Assembly (NCBI GenBank): GCA_964607415.1
Contig: CAZSKK010000001.1
Location: 333,469 to 397,468, forward strand
Reading direction: 5' to 3'
DNA from: an uncultured Candidatus Saccharibacteria bacterium
GTDB lineage: Bacteria > Patescibacteriota > Dojkabacteria > J137
Length of the DNA: 64,000 bases
The position numbers and the translations under genes were made by a program. Below are positions 26,667 through 36,451 of the stretch, piece after piece (positions within the stretch are counted from its first letter, which is position 1; the number at the start of each line of letters is the position of its first letter). Under the pieces are notes generated by a model. It was given only the letters and a program-made list of their open reading frames with translations, made no database searches and had not been told where the DNA came from.

Positions 26667-27998
26667 ATGCACAGAGATCTAACCCAATCCACAATTCAAG
26701 ATGTTAATGCAAGATTTTATAATGTAGATTTGTCAAAAAGCTATGTTGAGTCGGGCAAAAAATTTGCAGAAGTTTTGCAAAAGCACTATGGTACAAACAA
26801 ATCCTATTCTATTGTATGCGGTCTTGGTGGAAACGCAGGTGATGGTTTATCAACCGCTCTTGAACTCTCAAAAAATAATACACAGGTTAAAGTCTTTTTA
26901 GTTGGAAGAGCAAATTTAATTGAGAATGTTTCTACAAAGGACCTTTGGGATAAAGTCTATAATAATAAATCGATAGAAACAAAGCAGGACTGTTACGCTA
27001 AAGATATAGAAAAATCAGACATAATTTTAGAGTGTTTAGTAGGAACTGGACTTGCTGGATCTACGCTTAATAAAAGGTTTTTTGATGTTATTAAAAGCAT
27101 TTCCCACTTTAAGTCCGAAATTGTTGCTATTGATAAATCCTGCCCACATTACACCCCCAGTTTAGTTGTATCAATCAACTATCCCAAAACTGAAAATGCT
27201 GAAGTTATAAAAGTAAGTTATCCACAAAGCTTGGATTTGCATATTGGTCCTGGCGAAGTAAAAAGTTTAATAAAACCTAAAATACAATCTCACAAAAATA
27301 AAAATGGCAAAGTATTAATAATTAATGATTTAGATAACGATTGTAATGAACTTGTTGCAACTGCGATTAAACAATATGAATGTAGTGCAAGTGTTTATAG
27401 CTTTAGAGGTGTTGGTAAAAATAAGCTTTTTGATAAAGTTTTATCTAATGGTGATTTGGAAGAAGCTATAGTCGAGTGTAATTCTGTGTTCTTAAGTGAG
27501 CTACCTGTGGATGATTTTATTTCAAAGGCATTTGTAAATGAACTTGTTAAATACATTGAAGATAAACCTTTAATAATATTCGGAAGTGCGCTCAATTACT
27601 TTGATGCTGATCTTTTAAAAAGAATTAAAAATAAAATACTATTTTTTGATTTAACAAGTTTTTTTAGATTTTCAAATTCAAAAATAAGTAAGGTTGAAGG
27701 ATTAGCTGCAAGGTTAGCAAAAGAAACTTCATCAACTTGCGTAATATATTCAACACAAACTTATATTTTTGACGAAGAAGGAAATTACAAAATTCATCCT
27801 AAAAATATAAATGACTATAACTCTAAACTAATAATCACAAGCCTTACCGCAGCTTTTGCTTCTAAAAATTCAACAGCGCTTTCTGCAGGAAGTGCAAATT
27901 TTGTTTATAGTGTTGCTGAAAAATTAAGTGCAGATCCTTCACCAACCAATGTTGCTAAATCTTTATCTGCTGCTTACAACGAGTGTCTTGAATTTTGA
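26667..27998 (+). CDS. nnr: Bifunctional NAD(P)H-hydrate repair enzyme-like protein (YjeF_N epimerase plus YjeF_C-like domains)
   Basis: YjeF_N motifs YSIVCGLGGNAGDGLSTALEL, ECLVGTGLAGS and VAIDKSCPH. The C-terminal part begins HKNKNGKVLIIND, resembling the YjeF_C HKGxxG motif. Confidence 0.55.
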   Translation: MHRDLTQSTIQDVNARFYNVDLSKSYVESGKKFAEVLQKHYGTNKSYSIVCGLGGNAGDGLSTALELSKNNTQVKVFLVGRANLIENVSTKDLWDKVYNNKSIETKQDCYAKDIEKSDIILECLVGTGLAGSTLNKRFFDVIKSISHFKSEIVAIDKSCPHYTPSLVVSINYPKTENAEVIKVSYPQSLDLHIGPGEVKSLIKPKIQSHKNKNGKVLIINDLDNDCNELVATAIKQYECSASVYSFRGVGKNKLFDKVLSNGDLEEAIVECNSVFLSELPVDDFISKAFVNELVKYIEDKPLIIFGSALNYFDADLLKRIKNKILFFDLTSFFRFSNSKISKVEGLAARLAKETSSTCVIYSTQTYIFDEEGNYKIHPKNINDYNSKLIITSLTAAFASKNSTALSAGSANFVYSVAEKLSADPSPTNVAKSLSAAYNECLEF

Positions 27999-28426
27999 TT
28001 GCCAATTTTGTATACTTCGGCATGAATATACTGGCTTCATTAAGAAACTTAATTATAAATAACAATCAACAAGAGTATAACCAGCAGGTATCTCAGATGC
28101 TTTTGGATTCACGTGGAGAACTGTCATTAGAATTCATTAGTCCTGATCTTCTTAGATACATTATAGATAACTCCTTTTTACTCTCACCGGATGACACTAT
28201 CAATATTGGTAACACTTTATGTAAAAATGTAAAAGAACTTTACAGTAGTAGATTTGCGGGAATACAAAGCCTTATGCCTGGTGCGTTGCTTGCTATTTAT
28301 GAAAGACTTCAAGAACATTTTCCAGACATAAATAGCGATATGGAGGCTTCAACTTTGGAATTAAGCTTGCGCCCGATAGTAAGTCAAATTGTTCAAGAAG
28401 GCCAAGTTATTAACCCTGAGCCATGA
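27995..28426 (+). CDS. Hypothetical protein (ATGA-coupled to nnr)
   Basis: 143-aa ORF with a 4-nt start/stop overlap with the upstream gene. Confidence 0.35.
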   Translation: MIANFVYFGMNILASLRNLIINNNQQEYNQQVSQMLLDSRGELSLEFISPDLLRYIIDNSFLLSPDDTINIGNTLCKNVKELYSSRFAGIQSLMPGALLAIYERLQEHFPDINSDMEASTLELSLRPIVSQIVQEGQVINPEP

Positions 28427-28938
28427 GCGAAGATATATCTGTAGAAATAGATACTGCTCCTGCAACTCATATCGTAACCAATGACGAAATACTGAACGAT
28501 GAATTGCATTTGGATAACTCGCTTATCGATCAGCTTTTAAGTTTACTAGGGGGCTGTAGTTTCAAAGTTGATGAAGAATCTGAAACCCTAATTATCGAAA
28601 CATACATCCCTGGAAAGCTTGTAAAGCTTCCCCTTCAGGGGATTTTTTCTGATCCAGAAATCCTGAAAATATTTGATGTCATTCAAGGCAGAGATAATTC
28701 AGTATCACTAACTAAGCTTAGCAATCATGCATTGCGACAAGTTGCAAGAAGATTTGGAATAGACCCTTATACTGTATTTGAGCCAATACAAAAAAAGTCC
28801 AGACAAAGACCAGCGCACCTTCACGAAAAAATCACATCAAAATCTGAAGGCAGAAAACAAAGAAATAAACGGATGGCTCGTAAACGTAGGTATAAAAGAG
28901 GTTATGAAGATATGTACAACAAAAATTTTGAACAATAA
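28423..28938 (+). CDS. Hypothetical protein with an Arg/Lys-rich C-terminal tail
   Basis: 171 aa with a 4-nt overlap with the upstream ORF. The tail is KKSRQRPAHLHEKITSKSEGRKQRNKRMARKRRYKRGYEDMY. Confidence 0.35.
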   Translation: MSEDISVEIDTAPATHIVTNDEILNDELHLDNSLIDQLLSLLGGCSFKVDEESETLIIETYIPGKLVKLPLQGIFSDPEILKIFDVIQGRDNSVSLTKLSNHALRQVARRFGIDPYTVFEPIQKKSRQRPAHLHEKITSKSEGRKQRNKRMARKRRYKRGYEDMYNKNFEQ

Positions 28939-28952
28939 AACACCTCCCTTAA

Positions 28953-28970
28953 TCCCTCCTATAGGAGGGA
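28953..28970. terminator. Perfect GC-rich hairpin between convergent genes (a hypothetical gene and dnaK); bidirectional terminator candidate
   Basis: tccctcc-tata-ggaggga, a 7-bp stem in an otherwise AT-rich spacer. Confidence 0.5.
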
Positions 28971-29020
28971 GAAAAAGACGTGACTAAATACCCTAATTCT
29001 TGAATCGTGGATCTTGATTC

Positions 29021-30934
29021 TTATTCTACTACTTCCCCTTCTTCAGGTTCATCTTTATTATCTTCATTCTTACTCTTATCCTCACTCTCACCCTTTGATT
29101 CTTCACCTGCAGCAGCTTCGTACATTTTAGCTCCCACTGCTTGAAGTTTTTCCATTAAGGCATCAACTGCTTTCTTTAAAGCTTCTTGATCAAGTTCAGA
29201 TTTTCCAAGTTCCTCTTTAACAAGTTTAATTTGATCATCTAAAGCTTTTTTATCCTCTTCACTAATCTTATCTTTATTATCTTTAATTAATTTTTCTGCC
29301 TGAAAAACTAATGAATCAGCTTCATTAATAAGTTTCAATCTTTCAACCTCTGCTTTATCTTTAGCTTCGTTTTCTGCTGCTTCTTTAACTAGTTTATCTA
29401 TTTCAGATTCTTCTAAGTGAGTTGACGCAGTAATTGTAATATCTTTTTCTTTGCCAGTTCCTAAATCTTTTGCCTTAACGTTCAAGATTCCATTTGCATC
29501 AATTTTAAATGTAACAGAAAATTTAGGTACACCTCTTGGTGCAGATGGAATTCCGTCTAGTCTAAATACGCCTAGTTCTTTGTTATCTTTAGCTAAAGGT
29601 CTTTCTCCTTGTAAAACTCTAACATCAATTGCATTTTGGTTATCTACAGCAGTTGTAAATCTATCTTCAGACTTTTCTGCAGGGATCGTTGTGTTTCTTG
29701 GGATTAAGATATGCATTTCGCCCATATTAACTTCAAGACCAAGTGATAATGGAGTTACATCTAACAAAGTGATGTCTTCAACACCAGAATCTCCAGCTAA
29801 AACTGCGCCCTGAACTGCAGCTCCAACTGCAACAACTTCATCTGGGTTTACGCTTTGATTTGGTTTTTTACCAAAAAATTCTTCAACTTTTTTTACAACC
29901 AAAGGCATTCTTGTCATTCCTCCAACCATAATTACTTCTTCAATTTCTGTTTTTTCTTTTTTAGCATCTTTTAATGCTTTTTTGATTGGCTCAATAGTTT
30001 TATCTACCAAATCAAGTACAAGTTTTTCATACTCAGATCTTGTTAAATTCATTCTAAAGTGTTTTGGCCCTTTACTATCTGCTGTAATATATGGAAGATT
30101 AACTTCTGTTGATTCGCTTGAAGATAAAGTAATTTTTGCCTTTTCAGCAGCTTCTTTAAGTCTTTGCAGTGCGGCTGGGTCTTCTTTTAAATCAATTCCT
30201 TGTTCTTTTTTAAATTGAGCAATCATATAATCAATCAATACTTGATCAAAGTCATCTCCACCAAGGTGTGTATCTCCATTTGTAGATAAAACTTCGTAAA
30301 CTCCGTCACCTATTTCTAAAATTGAAATATCAAAAGTACCTCCACCCAAGTCGTAAACAGCAATTAACTGATTTTTATCTTTTTTATCCAAACCATATGC
30401 AATTGCTGCAGCAGTAGGTTCGTTAATAATTCTTTTTACATCAAGTCCAGCTACTTTTCCTGCATTTTTTGTTGCCTGTCTTTGAGAATCATCAAAATAT
30501 GCAGGAACTGTAATTACTGCTTCTGTTACAGGTTCACCCAAAAACGCCTCTGCATCTGATTTTAGTTTAGCAAGAACTTTTGCAGAAATAACTTCTGGCG
30601 CAATCCATTTATCACCAAATTGAATTTCAACTCCTCCTTTGTCACTTTTTTTAATGTTGAACGGAAAAAGTTTTATATCTTTTTGAACTTGTTCATCATC
30701 AAATTTTCTACCTATTAACCTTTTTATTGAGTAAAAAGTGTGCTCTGGATTGATAGCCATTTGATTTTTTGCTGTAATCCCTACAACTTCTGATTTATTA
30801 TCTGTATCAATTGCAATGACTGAAGGCGTTGTTCTAGCACCTTCCTTATTGGTAATTACTTCTGGTTTTCCAGCTTGTACAAAAGCAACAACAGAGTTTG
30901 TTGTTCCTAAATCTATTCCTACGATTTTTCCCAT
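29021..30934 (-). CDS. dnaK: Chaperone DnaK (Hsp70)
   Basis: 637 aa with IGIDLGTTNS, DLGGGTFD and VGGMTRMP Hsp70 signatures, and an acidic C-terminal tail. Confidence 0.95.
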   Translation of the reverse strand: MGKIVGIDLGTTNSVVAFVQAGKPEVITNKEGARTTPSVIAIDTDNKSEVVGITAKNQMAINPEHTFYSIKRLIGRKFDDEQVQKDIKLFPFNIKKSDKGGVEIQFGDKWIAPEVISAKVLAKLKSDAEAFLGEPVTEAVITVPAYFDDSQRQATKNAGKVAGLDVKRIINEPTAAAIAYGLDKKDKNQLIAVYDLGGGTFDISILEIGDGVYEVLSTNGDTHLGGDDFDQVLIDYMIAQFKKEQGIDLKEDPAALQRLKEAAEKAKITLSSSESTEVNLPYITADSKGPKHFRMNLTRSEYEKLVLDLVDKTIEPIKKALKDAKKEKTEIEEVIMVGGMTRMPLVVKKVEEFFGKKPNQSVNPDEVVAVGAAVQGAVLAGDSGVEDITLLDVTPLSLGLEVNMGEMHILIPRNTTIPAEKSEDRFTTAVDNQNAIDVRVLQGERPLAKDNKELGVFRLDGIPSAPRGVPKFSVTFKIDANGILNVKAKDLGTGKEKDITITASTHLEESEIDKLVKEAAENEAKDKAEVERLKLINEADSLVFQAEKLIKDNKDKISEEDKKALDDQIKLVKEELGKSELDQEALKKAVDALMEKLQAVGAKMYEAAAGEESKGESEDKSKNEDNKDEPEEGEVVE

Positions 30935-31038
30935 AATAAAAAAAATTAAATTTTAAAAGTATAAAGATTAGAATTATGATTCAAGATTCATGATTCAGGA
31001 AAAGTGAATAATATTCTTGAATCCTGAATCTTAATTCT

Positions 31039-31053
31039 CTGCCTGAAAGGCAG
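31039..31053. terminator. Hairpin downstream of orf183, upstream of the dnaK CIRCE
   Basis: ctgcc-tgaaa-ggcag. Confidence 0.35.
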
Positions 31054-31055
31054 AA

Positions 31056-31082
31056 TTAGCACTTAAAGTATAAGATTGCTAA
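31056..31082. promoter_or_regulatory. CIRCE-like HrcA operator upstream of dnaK
   Basis: TTAGCACTT-aaagtataa-GATTGCTAA. Its TTAGCA-N15-TGCTAA spacing is identical to the CIRCE consensus TTAGCACTC-N9-GAGTGCTAA. Confidence 0.6.
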
Positions 31083-31091
31083 TTTGTTTTG

Positions 31092-31643
31092 TCAAGATTC
31101 ATTCGTTATCATCTTTAAAACCTCAGCAAACCTTTCTTCCTTAAACATAAATAGTGGTCCTTCATAAATTTTTATCTGTCTGAACTTCACATCTTCTTCC
31201 CTTGTGTACCATTGCATAAAAAGTGTTGATGATTCACTAACACCCAATCTATTAAATAAACCGTATAATTTATAGATAGCATAAAAATCATTGCCTACTA
31301 TATTAAGATCACTGGCGTTTGGTCTCCTTTCATCGGTTCTATACTCAGCACTTGCCACTCTTGTGTAAAGACCAGTTATTCTAACCAGATCGGGATGATT
31401 TATTGCTGGGTTCGTATCTATTGTTAAGGCAACTATGTAATCCTCAATTTCCAAAGAAACAACGCCTTTGATATTTGTAAAGCTATGTAATCTAAAGATT
31501 TCACTAATATCTGGTAGCTTTACATTAATATCTTCCAAATCAAAAGCTAATACAGTCACATCTATTGTTTCGCCTGGTTTATAAATATTGGGTATAGATC
31601 TTTTTAAGGTTACTACCTTTCCTATATTTTCACCTTCTATCAT
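31092..31643 (-). CDS. Hypothetical protein embedded in the heat-shock operon between grpE and dnaK
   Basis: 183 aa. Its start overlaps the grpE stop by 4 nt (ATGA). No recognisable motif. Confidence 0.45.
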   Translation of the reverse strand: MIEGENIGKVVTLKRSIPNIYKPGETIDVTVLAFDLEDINVKLPDISEIFRLHSFTNIKGVVSLEIEDYIVALTIDTNPAINHPDLVRITGLYTRVASAEYRTDERRPNASDLNIVGNDFYAIYKLYGLFNRLGVSESSTLFMQWYTREEDVKFRQIKIYEGPLFMFKEERFAEVLKMITNES

Positions 31644-32146
31644 TTTCCAACAATAACTTTTGCTGGTTTCAGAACATTTACTTGTCCTATATATTTATAA
31701 GCTGAACTAATAACAACAATAACCTTATTCTTATTGCGTTCATCCGCAACAGTTTGTATTGCTTCCATCTTTGATCTATCAAATTCATCCCCTACATTTA
31801 CTTCAACTTTTTCAACACCTGCACTTTTTACAGCTGCAATTAATTTATCTTGAGCAGTTTTTAAAGAACTTTTAGCATGTTCTAAATTTAAACCACCATC
31901 TTTCAGTGCAAGCTCCATATCATCGTGAATTTCCAACATCTCAGAAATTAAACCCATATTTGCAATTGCTCCAAAAGTCGCTCTTTCAGCATCCATTCTT
32001 TTTCTGTAGTTATCAAAATCAGCCATAAGCTGGAGCTTTTGACTTTTTAATGCTTCAACTTGCATTTCAAGTTCTTTAAGTTTGCTAATTTCATCATTTT
32101 GAACCTTTACTTCATTTTCTTTTTTATTATGTTTTGCTTTTGTCAT
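31640..32146 (-). CDS. grpE: Nucleotide exchange factor GrpE
   Basis: Coiled-coil N-terminus with ADFDNYRKRMDAE, and a C-terminal beta domain (VLKPAKVIVG). Confidence 0.8.
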   Translation of the reverse strand: MTKAKHNKKENEVKVQNDEISKLKELEMQVEALKSQKLQLMADFDNYRKRMDAERATFGAIANMGLISEMLEIHDDMELALKDGGLNLEHAKSSLKTAQDKLIAAVKSAGVEKVEVNVGDEFDRSKMEAIQTVADERNKNKVIVVISSAYKYIGQVNVLKPAKVIVGK

Positions 32147-32351
32147 ATTATATTAAATTAAAGAATGTAAAAATCTGGTAATTCAATTGAAATTAAGTAG
32201 TAATTCGTTGTAGAACAGAATAACGAAACAAAAATTACGGATTTCAAATTATGTGTTGTTTAACTTGTAATTCTCGATTTGCTTCCTCGTAATTAATGCG
32301 CATACACGACTTACGCTCTCTTATGGCTTTTTACCTCTAAACCTGTTTTCA

Positions 32352-33089
32352 CTACTTCCATCCTCGAATTAAATATCCAATTGTATTTGAAAAGTATTTA
32401 ACTGAAGCTATTACCATTTGATAATTCATTCTATTTGGTCCAACAACTGCTAGGTATCCATTTTTATTATCAGGTAATTTTATTTCTGAAAAAACAACAG
32501 CGTAATCATCAAAAAGGTCAATATCAGCTTCTTCACCAACCAAAACTCTAATTTCAGCATCGCCTCCCTTCTCAAACATTTTTGCAAGTGTCGAGTAATC
32601 TTCTAAAATTCTAAGAATATTTCTAAGCTTTTCCAACTCTCTAAATTCTGGAAGCATAACCATATTTGATAGACCTGCATAATATACATCCTTATCAATA
32701 AGTGCAACTGCGACATTTCCAGTTAAACTATTTAAATAATTTAAACTATTTCGAATTAAATTTTCAGTTTCAAATTTAACTTTGTTTAATTCAATTTTAA
32801 CTTTTTCCCTAGTTACGACATCTATAATATCTTCTGTTTCATCATCAATTTCGTCCAAGTAAAATCTCCAGCCCTTTGTAGTTGGAATCCTTCCTCCGCT
32901 CGAATGTTTCATAAATAAGTATCCCTTTAAAACCAAATCGGACATTTCATTTCTGATTGTTGCAGGACTTACTTTAAATTGATACTTAGTTTGAAGCGCA
33001 AGGGATCCAACAGGTTCCCCTGATGTTATAAAGTCATCAATTATTGCTTTTAAAAGTTGCTGTTGTCTATCGGATAAATCCATATACAC
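32352..33089 (-). CDS. hrcA: Heat-inducible transcription repressor HrcA (short form, 245 aa)
   Basis: LSDRQQQLLKAIIDDFITSGEPVGSLALQTKY...VSPATIRNEMSDLVLKGYLFMKHSSGGRIPTTKGWRFYLD matches the HrcA N-terminal wHTH. Confidence 0.75.
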   Translation of the reverse strand: MYMDLSDRQQQLLKAIIDDFITSGEPVGSLALQTKYQFKVSPATIRNEMSDLVLKGYLFMKHSSGGRIPTTKGWRFYLDEIDDETEDIIDVVTREKVKIELNKVKFETENLIRNSLNYLNSLTGNVAVALIDKDVYYAGLSNMVMLPEFRELEKLRNILRILEDYSTLAKMFEKGGDAEIRVLVGEEADIDLFDDYAVVFSEIKLPDNKNGYLAVVGPNRMNYQMVIASVKYFSNTIGYLIRGWK

Positions 33090-33161
33090 TACGTTTGAAG
33101 GTTATAAAGTCGGAATGCTACAACGTTAAAACACTAAAAACTTTTATACATTTTAACTAAT

Positions 33162-33188
33162 TTAGCAGAGAAAGTTAAGAGGTGCTAA
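33162..33188. promoter_or_regulatory. CIRCE-like HrcA operator upstream of hrcA
   Basis: TTAGCAGAG-aaagttaag-AGGTGCTAA. This is TTAGCA-N15-TGCTAA with correct spacing, 73 bp upstream of the hrcA start. Confidence 0.55.
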
Positions 33189-33288
33189 TAAAAAAGTTTA
33201 AGTGTAAGTTTAAGATTAAGCGAAAAGCGCTTGAAAAAATAAATTTACCGGTGCTATAATTTTGTCATCATAATTTAGCAGCAATATA

Positions 33289-33822
33289 ATGAGCAGCGAG
33301 TTCAGAAATAACATGTCTTCAAAAGATTGTTACGGTAGTACAAAAAGCCACAATTCGCGCAATATGGTTGAAAGCCCATGGAAATTTTCTAATGATAGTC
33401 GCTTCAATACTATCTATTTGGCAATTAGTCATGCTTTCAGCTATGCCAATTTGGATGAAGGGGAAGAAACGATTGAGCTCGATAAGGATTTAACAGAAGC
33501 CGACTTAAATCCTGGGGTAATGGAAGTCGATGGTACTGAGTTAAAGGAATTATTAGGTCAAATTCTAGAAACATCAGACTTATCACCTTTTGATCATAAT
33601 ATATTATTCAGAGTTACTAGCTCAAGCGATCCTAATGCTGCATTAATACAAATTTTTACTGAGAACAATGATTTTGTAACTTTATCAGACTTGGAATCTT
33701 ATTTTTGTTCTTTGTTAGTTCAGTTACAAGAACATATTGCTTCAACTGGAATGGAACAGACTCTTAAAAAACTAATTGGGATATCGCTACAAGATGATGA
33801 TGATAATGCTAGTGAAATCTAA
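33289..33822 (+). CDS. Hypothetical acidic protein ending in a poly-Asp tail
   Basis: 177 aa; the C-terminus reads ...LQDDDDNASEI. Confidence 0.35.
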   Translation: MSSEFRNNMSSKDCYGSTKSHNSRNMVESPWKFSNDSRFNTIYLAISHAFSYANLDEGEETIELDKDLTEADLNPGVMEVDGTELKELLGQILETSDLSPFDHNILFRVTSSSDPNAALIQIFTENNDFVTLSDLESYFCSLLVQLQEHIASTGMEQTLKKLIGISLQDDDDNASEI

Positions 33823-33840
33823 TCTAACTGGGCAGCTTTT

Positions 33841-36357
33841 TTACATCAACCCCAACTGCTCTGGATGAATCTTTTTTGGAGTCTTTGGCTTTTGTGTTTT
33901 AGAGGACACGCTATTTTCGTTTTTAATCTTACTCTCAGACTCGCTCTTATTCTCAAATCCACTTAGTATTTCATTCGCTCTGTTAATAACTTCATCTGGA
34001 ATTCCAGCAAGCTTTGCTACATGAACTCCGTAACTTCTGTTTGTTGCACCTTTTACAATTTGATGTTGAAAAGTAATTTCGCCATCCTTGTCAGAAACTG
34101 CAACATTGTAATTTTTTATAAATTCAAAACTACCTTCTAATTCTGTAAGTTCATGATAATGAGTTGCAAATAGCGTTTTAGCTTTTAAGTTTCTTGCAAT
34201 AAATTCTACAACTGACCATGCTATTGCAACTCCATCGTATGTACTTGTTCCTCTCCCAACCTCATCCAAAATTATTAAACTTTTATCAGTTGCATTATTT
34301 AATATATTTGCAGTTTCGTTCATTTCAACCATGAAAGTAGACTCGCCTCTAGATAAATTGTCTGAAGCTCCAACTCTTGTAAAAACTCTATCCACAATGC
34401 TCCATTCCATTGTACTAGCTGGAACAAAACAACCTATTTGAGCAATAAGAACAATCAATGCAACTTGCCTAATGTATGTTGATTTACCTGACATATTGGG
34501 ACCAGTTAGCAAATGAATAGTTGATTTTTCTGAAAATTCCACATTGTTAGGAATAAAGTTCCTAACAATTCTTTCAACTACCAAGTGTCTACCATCTTTT
34601 ATAACAAGCTTATTACCATTTGAGACTTGAGGTTTTACGTATTCATACTCTCTTGAAATAAAGCCAAAATTAGAAAGCACATCAATTTCTGCCAAAATAT
34701 CACCAACCTCTATTAAGTCTTTTGCGTACTCTGATATCTTTTCTCTAATGTTCAAAAATATCTCTGCTTCAAGTTTTAATAGCTCTGTCTCGGCACTTAA
34801 AATTTTAGACTCCAGCTCTTTAAGCTCTTCGGTTATATATCTTTCTGCATTAGCTAAGGTCTGTTTTCTAACATAATGGCCCGGAACTTTATCCATATGT
34901 ACTTTCGTGACTTCGATATAATATCCAAATACCTGATTAAAAGAAATTTTTAGCGAAGAAATGCCAGTAGATTGAATCTCTTTTTGCTGAATTTCAGCTA
35001 AAATTTGCTTTGCATTTTTTTGTAGATTTCTTAATTCTTGTACTTTGGGACTGTATTGATCTTTAATAACACCACCTTCATTAAAGTTTGCAGGTGCAGT
35101 TTCAAGAATCGAGTCATCGATCAATTTAATAACCAAACTAATAATTTCAAAGTATTTGCCCGATTGGTTAAATAATGATAGAAAATACTTTATTCTTTCT
35201 GACGATTTGTCCCTAGAACCTAGGCTTGCAATTAAATTTAATGTTGAGTTTAAAGTATATTTCAAAGCTACAAGATCTTTCGGATTTGCACTGCTTACAC
35301 CAATTCTGCCTGCAATTCTTTCAAGATCAGACATTTGTGATAATTTATCTTTAATATCCGAGTTAAACATTTTATCTTGATAAAAAAATTCGACAGTACT
35401 TAATCTTTGTTCAATTATTTCTTTATTGATTAAAGGTTGTAAAATCCAGTGTCTTAATTTTCTTTTTCCCATAGCACTTTCGCATGTGTTTAGAGCATTA
35501 TAAACCGTAGCCGAAAAATCCATTCCTGACTGAGGAAAAATCAATTCCAAGTTTCGGATAGTTTCCTGATCCAACTGCATATGATCAGAATAATCATAAA
35601 GCTTTATGGATTTAAGGTGCTTAATATTGGTTTTTTGTGTTTCTTTTAAGTATTTAACCAAACTTCCAGCTAAATTTATCAAATCCTTTTTTTCATCAAT
35701 TCCAAAACCTTTAAAATTAGATACCTGAAACTGGTCTTTTAGAATCTGTGATGATTCACTTTCATTGAAGTAAGAGCTGTCTGCAGGCTCTAGTCGATTC
35801 TTATAAATAATTTCTATTTTGCTTCTTTGATCTTCTTTTATTATTACTTCACTAGGATTTATTTTATGAAGTTCTGCTTTTAGAATATTTGCATTTTTTG
35901 TTTGAAAAGCTCTAAAAAGACCTGTAGTTAAATCTGCATAAACAAGATTAAACAAATAAGTATCCTTATTTTCGGAAATAAATATACCTGCAATATAATT
36001 ATTTTTAGAAGAATCCAATGAATTTTCATCAATTACTGTTCCAGGGGTAATTATTTTTGTAATCTGCCTATCAACCAACTTTCCCGCACTTGCTTCTTCA
36101 ACCTGATCAGCAATAGCAACCTTGAGCCCAGCTTCAACTAGTTTTGGAAGATAATTTTTAAGTGCATGATGTGGGATTCCTGCCATTGGGTATCTAGCCT
36201 CCCCTGTGCCACGGCCTGTCAATGTAATGCCCAAAACCTTTGAAATACTAACTGCATCATCATTGAAAGCTTCAAAAAAATCACCAAGCCTGAAGAGAAC
36301 AATGTAGTCCTTATACTCTGATTTAATCTTTTGATATTGTTCTTGCATTGGTGTCAT
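33841..36357 (-). CDS. mutS: DNA mismatch repair protein MutS
   Basis: MTPMQEQYQKIKSEY... gives the canonical MutS N-terminus, so the start at 36357 is preferred over the upstream ATG at 36399. Walker A GPNMSGKST and the TH motif FATHYHEL are present. Confidence 0.9.
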   Translation of the reverse strand: MTPMQEQYQKIKSEYKDYIVLFRLGDFFEAFNDDAVSISKVLGITLTGRGTGEARYPMAGIPHHALKNYLPKLVEAGLKVAIADQVEEASAGKLVDRQITKIITPGTVIDENSLDSSKNNYIAGIFISENKDTYLFNLVYADLTTGLFRAFQTKNANILKAELHKINPSEVIIKEDQRSKIEIIYKNRLEPADSSYFNESESSQILKDQFQVSNFKGFGIDEKKDLINLAGSLVKYLKETQKTNIKHLKSIKLYDYSDHMQLDQETIRNLELIFPQSGMDFSATVYNALNTCESAMGKRKLRHWILQPLINKEIIEQRLSTVEFFYQDKMFNSDIKDKLSQMSDLERIAGRIGVSSANPKDLVALKYTLNSTLNLIASLGSRDKSSERIKYFLSLFNQSGKYFEIISLVIKLIDDSILETAPANFNEGGVIKDQYSPKVQELRNLQKNAKQILAEIQQKEIQSTGISSLKISFNQVFGYYIEVTKVHMDKVPGHYVRKQTLANAERYITEELKELESKILSAETELLKLEAEIFLNIREKISEYAKDLIEVGDILAEIDVLSNFGFISREYEYVKPQVSNGNKLVIKDGRHLVVERIVRNFIPNNVEFSEKSTIHLLTGPNMSGKSTYIRQVALIVLIAQIGCFVPASTMEWSIVDRVFTRVGASDNLSRGESTFMVEMNETANILNNATDKSLIILDEVGRGTSTYDGVAIAWSVVEFIARNLKAKTLFATHYHELTELEGSFEFIKNYNVAVSDKDGEITFQHQIVKGATNRSYGVHVAKLAGIPDEVINRANEILSGFENKSESESKIKNENSVSSKTQKPKTPKKIHPEQLGLM

Positions 36358-36398
36358 GTGACAGTTGTAAGTTTTAAGTTTGCAGTAATAACATAACA

Positions 36399-36445
36399 CT
36401 GCTACTAGCTCGAAACTCGTAGCTTATAGCCCCCAGGAGATTTTA
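36399..36445. repeat. GC-rich repeat fragment between the mutS start and the CaCA stop
   Basis: ctgctactagctcgaaactcgtagcttatagcccccagg. It shares agctcgaaactcg with 2857..2894 and 5500..5525. Confidence 0.4.
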
Positions 36446-36451
36446 GCATAA

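Noticed and set aside
29451-30218. Antisense ORFs inside dnaK. The same pattern occurs inside mutS, dnaE, the phosphoketolase and the permeases (for example 35156..35380, 19983..20394, 8148..8333 and 46993..47460)
   Set aside because: Each sits fully inside a high-confidence conserved gene on the opposite strand or in another frame, so they are spurious.
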